DNA of 64,000 nt from Oopsacas minuta (Eukaryota > Animalia > Porifera): positions 248,001 to 312,000 of the forward strand of contig JAKMXF010000300.1 in assembly GCA_024704765.1 (NCBI GenBank), written 5' to 3'. The notes under the pieces were generated by a model, which was given only the letters and a program-made list of their open reading frames with translations, was not told where the DNA came from and did no database searches. Below, piece by piece: positions 54,385 to 64,000 of this stretch. The position numbers and the translations under genes were made by a program. Every line of letters starts with the position of its first letter. Position 1 is the stretch's first letter.

Positions 54385-55611
54385 ATGGCGTCTTTTCTAC
54401 GAGATAATACAGCGGGTTCTAATGAGAATGTGTTTATGAAAATTCGAAAAAGAATAGAAGAGAAGTTTGATTCTATTATTCAAAAAGTTGTAGAGAGAAG
54501 AGAAGCTCTCATAGTACAACTAGAACTATTGGAAAGAGAGTATGAAACACAGGTTCTGAAAATGGAAGAAATAGAATCATCTAAACAAGAAATGGAACAA
54601 CTATTTACAACTTTGAAATTAGAAACAGCCAAGAAATCCTTGAGGAAGAGTATCACTGAATTAAATGAAGAAATTGAAAAGAGTAGCAAAGTTGAATATC
54701 CAGAATTGTCATTTGTTTGTGAAACGAATGATTTAGAATGGAGGATTTCTGAATTGGGTAAGTTAGGTGAAGCTAAGAACAAAGAATTTGTTGTTAGAAA
54801 ATACGATAATATCAGTAAATCGTTGAAAACCTTTGGGAAGAATGGTAATAATTCAGGGAAAGGTAAATTTAATGAACCAAGAGGAGTATTGGTAGATGAC
54901 AAGAATAACAGAATATTTATTGCTGATATGTATAATAATAGAATACAAGTATGGTCCATTAATGGTGATTATATCTCTAAGTTTGGTAAAGGCACACTTA
55001 AGTACCCATGGGAGATTGTATTATGTGATAATGCACTGTATATTTCTGACGTTGCTAAGCATTTTGTAGCAAAATGGTGTTCTAGCACTTTTAGTTTTAT
55101 GACTCAAACTAAAACCACTAATGGTTGGAATGAAGGTCAATTGGATGGTCCAGCTGGTCTAGATATTGATTCGGGAGAAGTGTTTGTTGTAGAGCGTGAG
55201 AACAATCGTATTTCTGTGTTTGATCTAAATCTGTGTTTCAAGAGAATAATGGCTAATAAGATGATAAACAAATCTTGTTGTCTGAGAATTAGATCTAATA
55301 CTATCTATATTGTAGAAATGACAGGAATTATTAAGCTATTCTCTAAAGCTGATCAACTGATGAGAACTATTGGAAAGAATAGATGTTTTTCCAATAATAT
55401 ATTTCATTTTAACTTTGATTCAGCAAACAATTTCCTTATAACTGATGTAGATAAGAATTCTCTATTTATACTATCCCCAGAAGGTGAATTGATACATTCA
55501 ATTTGTTTCAAAGATTGGAAGCTTAATTCCCCGTTTGGTATCGATGTATCAAGGGAAGGGAAATTGGTAGTTACTTTTCGTGATGGATCAGCTGCTGTAG
55601 GGATTTTTTGA
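54385..55611 (+). CDS. Coiled-coil + NHL protein, copy 3 (recent duplicate of copy 1)
   Basis: Same length (408 aa); first 145 aa identical to copy 1. Confidence 0.9.
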   Translation: MASFLRDNTAGSNENVFMKIRKRIEEKFDSIIQKVVERREALIVQLELLEREYETQVLKMEEIESSKQEMEQLFTTLKLETAKKSLRKSITELNEEIEKSSKVEYPELSFVCETNDLEWRISELGKLGEAKNKEFVVRKYDNISKSLKTFGKNGNNSGKGKFNEPRGVLVDDKNNRIFIADMYNNRIQVWSINGDYISKFGKGTLKYPWEIVLCDNALYISDVAKHFVAKWCSSTFSFMTQTKTTNGWNEGQLDGPAGLDIDSGEVFVVERENNRISVFDLNLCFKRIMANKMINKSCCLRIRSNTIYIVEMTGIIKLFSKADQLMRTIGKNRCFSNNIFHFNFDSANNFLITDVDKNSLFILSPEGELIHSICFKDWKLNSPFGIDVSREGKLVVTFRDGSAAVGIF

Positions 55612-55726
55612 TTAATTTATCTTAACTATTTTGGAGCTAATTAATTTATTCTATTTTGTAACAAATTTACGTGTTTTATCTATTTAGTATTTCACATTTT
55701 ACTTGTATAGTATAGTGAGTTGTATC

Positions 55727-56144
55727 TTTAGTTTCTAAGAACTTTTGCCGGATTTTTGTATAGTTTGTTTGTTTTTCCTGCTTCTCCTATAGGTAGGTGT
55801 CCTAGTGGCATGGACGATGTACGACGTCAGTACCTCCGTCCGTCTGCGCGGCTGTGCGAGACCTAGCAGCCCGATTAGCATGAAAATTGGTACACAAATA
55901 CATTTTGGGTCAGAGATTTGCACTTCGGGTATGAATTTTTCTGAAGTGGATAATTCACACCTTTCTATGTAAAATTCAAAAGCATGCTAGAGATTAGGTT
56001 TCAACATGTTGGTAGGGGTAGGTGTATGTATATTTGCCTATTTTGAGATTGTCACCCCTCACCCCTCGAAAGTAATTATTTCACAGATTTATTTATGATT
56101 AATCATCTTTTCACACCTTTTGAAATATTTCAAAATTATACTAG
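55727..56144. mobile_element. HINE-like element, copy 2
   Basis: Near-identical to 52329-52747 and in the same position relative to the upstream NHL gene. Confidence 0.5.
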
Positions 56145-56282
56145 AGATATCGTATTTTATATCTGAACATTATTCAGTTTGTATTATAGTTGTCTAGCTG
56201 GATTGATCTTTATTGTTTATTTCTATAAAATCCATTTACTTGATTATCCCAAACTTTACGATAATGTATTAGTAAGTTTCAG

Positions 56283-59200
56283 ATGCCTCTTGAAGAGTTT
56301 GATCATCAACATAACGTTGAGATTGCATCCCGTCTCTCTTTTCTACGAGAAATCCTCTTGAACCAGGGATTAACTAGTCTAGGTGAAGACTCAAGAGTTG
56401 ATCTAAATGCAGCTAGAGATCTCAATGATACGAGACATAACTGTAGATGTGGTTCTGTTGTATCTATCGGTTCATTCGAGTCTCTGCTAGACACTTTATT
56501 TACCGTGTTTAGTGAAGATAGATTGAACACTTATAGAGAAGATAATGTTCTTTTTACATTAGCAGATAGGTTAATATTTCAATTTTAATCTGTATTTATG
56601 AATGATAAATAATTTGAATTTACCTGTAGATATGCAGATGAGATTAAGCTCCTCAAACAGCTGTACCCTGCTACAGATGACTTTATTTCTAAGGATGTAA
56701 TCGGTATTGGGCAGTTTGGGGAAGTTAAAGTTGTACAAGAGAAACACACTGGAGAAATCTACGCTATGAAGACACTAAGGAAATCTCAGCTGTTTCAGCT
56801 AGGTCCCAGTGTAGCTTGTTTTAAAGAGGAACGTGACGTCATGGTACGTGCACAAAAGAGTCCATGGGTAGCTAGACTCGTGTATTCATTTCAGGATAGT
56901 AGAAATCTGTATTTGATTATGAAATTCTATGCTGGAGGGGATCTACTGAATGTATTAGAGCAGTTTGATCCAATGAAGGTAATATTAAATATTTATTCAC
57001 TGAATGATTCATTAATTATTGAGTATAGGAATACATGGCTCGCTTCTACTTATCAGAAATATCTACTGCGATACATTTCGTACACGAAATGGGCTATATA
57101 CACAGAGATGTAAAGCCTGAGAATGTATTAGTAGATGTATCAGGACATATCAAGCTAGCAGATTTCGGATCAGCTGCTGCGCTAACAGAGGATGGTAGGA
57201 TCATGGGACAAATACCTTTTCCAGTAGGGACACCTGAGTATGTAGCTCCAGAGGTTAGATTTGTAATTTACATCCATGGTTACATTTATATAATTCCTGC
57301 TAGGTATTGTCAGTGTTGGAACATAGCGGATCAAAGAGTTGTTTGTATGGTCGTGAATGTGACTGGTGGTCTCTAGGTGTTCTTGCTTATGAAATGCTGG
57401 TAGGGAGAACACCATTCGAATCAGGTTCTCGTATAGAGACACACGCTAATATACAGAACTATAAGAAATCTCTTGTGTTCCCTAGTAACCCTGAGTTATG
57501 CAAGGAAGCTGTCGACTTAATCAGTTCTATGTGTACTGGTATAACAGATAGAATAGGTTGGAAATTTTTCACGGTTCTTATATGTGTAATTGATTTTCAT
57601 TGTGCTGTTATAATGCAATGGTCACTATATGATTATTTGTTATTTAACCATGGATTGTGGGATTAGTTTATCAGCTTTGGATGTTGTTCTAGGTCATTTT
57701 GAGGAGATGCTCCTTCCTTGTTTGAAGGGGAGATTTTTAGATAACATCAAGAGAATAAATTCAGCATCCATGGTTAAATACTTTTTCAATAATATAGGGA
57801 TACATTTTTGTCAAAAACATTATATCCAATATATTCAATTTATTTTCTAGGTTATTCTGAGCTTACCAGACATGGCTTTTTCAATGGAATTGATTGGGAT
57901 GAATTGCTTACAACAGAACCTCCGTATATTCCTAAGGTCAAAGGACCTGATGACGTGTCAAACTTTGACAGCTGTGACAGAAGTATAATTAGCACCAAGG
58001 ATTGTGAATTTGAACTCTCCACAAGTAATGGAACTTCTTTAGTACTCCATTTATAGTAGTTAGTGTGAAAGTTTTTAGGTAGAAAGAAACTGGCCAATCC
58101 AGAGAATGAACTATGTTTTGTGGGCTACTCCTACCTACCCTTTGGTTCTAGTCATGCTGATGAATTAAGAAGAGAAGACGTGACGTCATTCACTCTTTCC
58201 AAACCTTCACAAGGATGGTCAGATATTGATGAGTTAAGAAATCAACTGAAATACAGAGAGAGAGAATTGGATGTGAGTATAGAAGAGAAAGGAATCATGG
58301 AGAAAGAGAGCGATATCATGAGAGAGCAGGTAATTTTACATTTCATTTTTCTCTGTTTCTGTATATTTTAACGTGTTTTTAGGTTAAGGAATTGAGAAGT
58401 AAACTTGAATTTGAACGAAATGATAGAGTCAGCTTGGAGGAACGTACACTACAGCTGCTGGAAGATGTACGTGAAGGGTCTCGTAAAGTTACAGAAATTA
58501 GAGAAGCAGATACAGCACAGAGAGTAGGAAGAGAACAGGAAATAGTTCTAAGACAAATATCTCAAGAGAAAGAATTAGCTATGCAGAGAGCTAGGAGATT
58601 GGAGGAGGAGCTAATGATGAAGAATAGTATATGGGATGAACAGGCTAATGAGGTTAATGAGATGAAAAAGAAACTAATGCAAGCGAGAGTAGAAGCGAAT
58701 AATAGCTCTGAAAAGTTCAACAAGGTAAATCATAGACAGTAAACTCCTGTTATGTCGAATCTGGATATACCGAAATATCCGCTTATATGCTAAGTAGAAG
58801 TATGTAATTATGCGAATATGATTCCAAACCGTGAAAGTAACATAATTACACCGGTTATATCGAATTAATTATTGTTGTAGCTTGCTGAAGAAGCTCATGC
58901 ACATTTAATGCAAAAGAAAAGGGAAATTGAAATGAAGGATTTTGCCCTGGAGGAAGCTGAAGAAATGATAAAGTTAGCTCAACAAAAGGTGATTGACACA
59001 GACAAACAGTTATGTCATGAAATAGAATTGAAAGAAGCTAGTCAATCTAGATTAGTACATCTGACGGCTAAGATAAAGGAGATGGAAGAACAAATAGAAT
59101 TGGATAAGTTGAATCAGAAGGCAAATGATGATAAATCTATATCTGATAAAGAACGCGAAAAGATACAAGATTTGGAGCAGGAATTATTGGACACAACTAG

Positions 59201-62200
59201 ATCGAAAGAAGACCTTGAATCTTCCGAATTCATGAAAGATACACAAATTCAACAAATGGAGCAGGAATTGATTGAAGTTTTAGCAGAGAAAGATCATATT
59301 CAAGAGGAATTAGAACTTATAAGCTCTGATTTTGATCTGAAAGAGAAAGAGTATGTTACTCAACGAGAAATAATCTCACAGTTAGAACAAGAACTCAGCA
59401 CGGCTAAAATACAATTACAGAGATACGAGGAAGACACTGCTTCACGATTAGAGTATAGACACAAGGAAACTCTAATGACATCTATGCATGAAGATGGAGC
59501 ACAATCTGATACAGAAATTGTAGGAATTACAGACCATAATAAACAAATTAAATTACAGTATTCAAAGCAGATTTCGAATCTAAGAGCTGAATTGGATAAA
59601 GAGGTGAAGGAACATACACAAGCCAGAGAGAAATTCTCAGAACATAATAGAGTTACTAAGAAGAGATTACAAGATTTGGACCGGGCTTTAGAACACCAAA
59701 AATCTAAATTCGCGTGCAATGAAACAAATCACAAAAAAACCATGGATACTCTAGAAAAACGTAATATTGATTTACAGAATCAAAGCAATAGGAGTATGGG
59801 TAAGGTTGCTGATATGCGGCGTGTTCAAACTTCACTCGAGAGAGAAATACAGCAAATGAAGAAGCAAGAGGTTTACAAAGAAGAGCTTCGTTCTAAATTA
59901 TCTTCTGCTAATTTACAAGAGAAGATAAAGCAATCTGATCAGGAGATTAATCGACTGAACACTGCATTAGTAGATGTCACCAAATTGAATAAAGACTATG
60001 AGGATTCTGTCAGGAGCTTGCAAACTGAACTACGAAATTTAAGAACAAATTCTCTACGTACTGAATCTCAGCTACAGCAAGCTAACCAAAAACTTAAAGT
60101 TGATAAAGTTGATATTGAAAATCTATGCGCTAAGTTAAATTCTTTAGAAGAAAATCCCTCTAGAAACGATCAAACTGAAGCTACTAATAACATGAACATG
60201 CAATCACAAATAGATGATTTGAAATCTAAACTTACACAAGAAACACAGAGACTTCGTATTAGCGAGCAAGAATTACAAGATACGAATAGGACACTACAAC
60301 GAGCTCAAAATCTCTACCAGGTTGAGATTGACTCTTGGAAGAAATTACACGAGGAAGAGAATCGAAAATATGTTGGTACTACTGACAAAAACCGCGAAAT
60401 AGAAGGCCTTTTACAAATGAAGGAAGAAGAAATACAACAGTTACAACGAAAAGAGATCAGCATTGCTAACCAAATGTTGGAGTTAAAACAGCAATTACGT
60501 GAAGCTAATGGATTAGTACGTCAGGAATCAAACAAAGATCATGCTAACCAGTTATCTCAGGAATTAGCTTATGAAAAAGCCTCGAAAGAAGAAGTAAAAA
60601 TTAGATTAAACGAGCTTAAAGAGCGGGATGAAGCTCAGAGTTTGGAGATTATTACATTGAAGAAAAAGATGGATGAAGTGATAAAGAGTAACTCACAATT
60701 GAGCTCGCTACGTACGGAATATCGAGCTCTAAAAGACTCAGAGCTTGAGAGCAGTAAACACTTGAATGAGTTGAAGAACGAGATCGAAGAAAATTGGAAA
60801 GTTAGACAGAATTTTGATAAAATGAAACTAGAATTGGTTGTAATACGATCTTCCCTTGAATCTAAAAGTGACGAAATACTAATCCTACAACAAACTGATT
60901 TAGTTAAAGCTTTTGAGATAGAAAAGTTACAAGAAAAACTACAACTCAAATTGGAAGAAATTGAGAATGCAAGAGATGAAGTAAGGAAAGTTAATTTAGA
61001 AATAAAGGAAGCAGAACAACAAATGTCTGAGCTTAGAACTGCAACTAGCAAACATGAGCTACAATCTGTACAATGGACAGGAGAACGAGCTAAATTGAAT
61101 GACGTCATTTCTACTCATAAAAATGAGGCTGGGAGGGTAGTGACGGAGTTAATGCGTACACGAGATGAAGTTAAGAAATTACAAATGGTAGTACGTCAGC
61201 TTGAGAAGGGAAGTTTGAGTGAGCCAGAGAGGGTTTTAGATCTTGAAGATGAAATTAGCTCTAACAAGCTGCGTCTAGAAGAACTGGAAGATGTCAGAGA
61301 TAAGTTTAATAAGGCTAAAATTGAAGCTGAGAATCATACGCGAATAGTGAATGCTTTGAGAGAAGATAATTCTATGAAAGAGGGGGAAATATCCAAATTA
61401 ACAGATGATAAACTTGGAGTTGAAGAGAGGAACAAGACTTTAGCTCTCCAGCTTGATTTACAATTTCAAGAATTACAAAAGGCAAAAGATGAAGCTACAT
61501 GTGCTCGATTCCAAGTTCAACAACTCAAAGCTACAAAACACAAATTAACAGTAGACTTAGGCACGGCGAATAAACGAATAGTTGATAAAGATAGTGATGA
61601 AGTTAATCACAATTTGGAAGAGAAGAGCTACAAGGAGAGAGAATTTAGAATGGAAACACAGCTACAACAACAAGCTAAACTTATTGACTATTTAACTGAT
61701 GGTAAATCTGATGGAGCAAGATGGTCAAATAAGTTAAAAAAGAAGGAATTTGAATTGAATAAATCAAAAGCTGTAAAACCAACTCAAATACTTTATCCAC
61801 CTAAAACCAACGGATCTGATTCTGGTATAACTTCTATGGAATCTGACATAGATCGTGCTACCCCTGTAGACCCTGAATTTGATATTCCACACTCTGCTCA
61901 TGTTGTGTCACAACCTAATCCGTTTACATTTGAGGGAGCTGATGAGTTTGAAGATCACCCACGTCATCATGGTGGAGTGTTTGACAAGGTTAAGAAAACT
62001 CTAAGTGGACGGAGATTTGAAACACCAACAGCCATGACAGGCTCTAGACAACTCAACTCTAAATCACTTAAGAATGTAACAATACAAAGAATGGATTCAG
62101 ATAAATTATCCCCTACCAGTTTACAAAGTACAAACACATATTCTCTATCCTCGTGTTCTGAAACTGAGGGTGCAGCTAAACGCAGTAAAGATGCGGATGA

Positions 62201-64000
62201 GTGTGATCATATTGCTTCCCCACCCAAGAAAATATGCTCAGAATTCCAAGAACCAGCTGCTAGATTACTTCCCAAACACTTTTTCTCTTCAAAGATTTGT
62301 AAATCAGGAGTTATATGCGATGATTGTGCTCTCCCGATTAAGTTCGGAGAGAGGAAAGAGAAATGCGCTTTTTGTCGAGCAGTAGTCCATCCTAAATGCT
62401 CCAGTCATTACGATAGGGTTAGTCAATGTCAATCCAAACTTCCCTCACTTGCAAAATCACTCAGTGTTGATACAAGCACAATAGGACCACAACCTTCATG
62501 TGATTGGTTTAGGGTATTATTCTGGCCTTGTCCTAGACAATGTTGGGAGAAATACTTCATAATTCTAGCGGATGATGCTATATTGTTATACCAACAACAG
62601 CCTTCAATCCCTAATAGATCAGAGGCAACACGAATACTTAAGCTAGGTCCCTATGATGAAGCTATTGTATCCGTCAATAGTGAATTTATTCGTAAGAGAT
62701 TGAGTGCATTTTCAAATACTCAATACTCGTGTACTCTAGCTCTGATCCTTAAAAAGGAAGGACAGCCTATTACTGATTCTTCAGAGGGTGTTTACCTGCA
62801 AGCTCCTTCTACAGAGAAGAAATTCATGTGGATTGATTTATTGACTGGTACAATTAATGAATTGGAGAAGAATCGTAATAAAAGACCTCCTTTCGTTATG
62901 GAGGTCATATATCGTGGACCTTTCCTGGTTCAGCAGTACTTTTTCTCGGGTTTGCATATCAAGGAACACAATTTTGTTCTTCTTGCTGAACACACTGCCA
63001 TATTTGCAATGTCAATGCCTACATTCATTAATCCATGGTCCGAACCGATTAAACTTGAAATTTCACAGTCAATTGCTCCTATTTATACCATCAAGCTATT
63101 TGCTGAGATGGGTATGATCGTGTTGATAGCTGGAAAAGAACGTCAAATTTACACAACACTGCTGGAGCCAATGATTGAATTTGTTGGTGGGCTATTCCGT
63201 GATAAGAAAAAGGCAACACCCAAATTCATTCCTATTCCAAACAGCACAGGCTGTCATATCATAGAAGTCGGAAAAATAACTGAAATTCCATTCATGTGCA
63301 GTTTCCACCAAGATTTGAAAGGTACGGGTAATCGAATAATGTCTCATTATAATCAACCATCTAATCATACTAAATGTCCATTACAGCTTTGTGATGAGAG
63401 ACCTCTTGCTCAATGTGCTAGCATATTAGTAACTCCTGGAAAATTCTTGATTGGCTCACACGTCATTCTATGTTATAACCCAATAAAAAAGTTCATTCGT
63501 GAGTCACAAATTTCAATGCATAATAATGCGATGAAAAAAACTAGAACTCTTCGTAATCCTATTGAGATGGTTCCTCTCCCTAGTGGAGTGGAATATCTCC
63601 TGGTATACTCGGATATAGGAGTAGTTATCTCGCGTGCAGGGGGTGGTATGTATGTGAAGGAAGAGGCGTTATTATGGGAGAGTACACCTACTCATGCGTG
63701 GATAGATAATGGTATTCTCTTCGTTCTTTCTTCCAAGAACGTTGCAGTATACAGGTTTGTGAATGACAAACTACCAATGAATCCAACATATTACAAGCTC
63801 TGTTCTAACACTGGACAATTCCTCTGTTACATCCCCTTCAACAAATCTATGCTATACACTTCATCTGAAGGTGATTCTACTTTTATATTTTCGTGCGAGT
63901 TTCTTTTCCATAATTTAATCAAACGAACCGGTTCGGCAAAGTCAGCGAAACCTGGAAACTCTAACATGACACGACAGAAGACAACTTCTTTGATAGACAT
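56283..64000 (+). CDS. CIT: Citron Rho-interacting kinase-like (kinase, long coiled coil, C1, PH, CNH); runs off the window
   Basis: N-terminus ..IASRL..LLDTLF..|RYADEIKLLKQLYP..DDF; kinase IGIGQFGEV, YAMK, HRDVKPEN, DFG, PVGTPEYVAPE; one open exon from 58881 to the window end (no stop, so absent from the ORF track) with coiled coil, C1 (HFF..C..C..KC..C..VVH.KC) and CNH-like region. Confidence 0.85.
58737..58866. mobile_element. Partial MITE family A in CIT intron
   Basis: CAGTAAACTCCTGTTATGTCGAATCTGGATATACCGAAATATCCGCTTATAT and AAACCGTGAAAGTAACATA match the 18388 copy; right TIR missing. Confidence 0.68.

Noticed and set aside
59360-61108. Antisense ORFs opposite the CIT coiled coil (and similar ones opposite CFAP99, FCSK and NHL genes)
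   Set aside because: Typical shadow ORFs of E/K/Q/L-rich coding sequence; no independent signal.

Overview
AT-rich, very gene-dense animal (metazoan) genomic DNA with mostly ~50-70 nt GT-AG introns, many intronless genes, nested genes and short TA-flanked MITEs. The combination suggests a compact sponge genome, probably a hexactinellid such as Oopsacas; this is inference and was not tested. I find 24 protein-coding genes. Twenty lie on the + strand: ANAPC4, SLC39A9, SLC25A1, a repeat-extended creatine-kinase-like protein, CFAP99, FCSK, SLC35F6, SARS2, INPP4, CCDC61, COX4, a Tudor/polyQ protein, a PHF20-like protein, CNOT11, SPMAP1/C17orf98, SLBP, three coiled-coil+NHL paralogues and a citron-like kinase. 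The four minus-strand genes all look like receptors: a 14-exon Ig/FN3 receptor hosting SLC39A9 and SLC25A1 in its introns, and three intronless orphan 7TM genes inside introns of CCDC61 and CNOT11. Most notable: (1) a run of 17 co-oriented, tightly packed genes, many with acceptor-like YAG just before the ATG (operon/trans-splicing candidate); (2) a probable pseudo-creatine-kinase fused to tandem polyproline + WH2-like repeats; (3) the nested antisense 7TM family; (4) an NHL array whose differences concentrate in the propeller, with signs of gene conversion; (5) a Tudor-MIF4G-like-SAM-like polyQ protein. All exon models and family calls were made by eye, without database searches.
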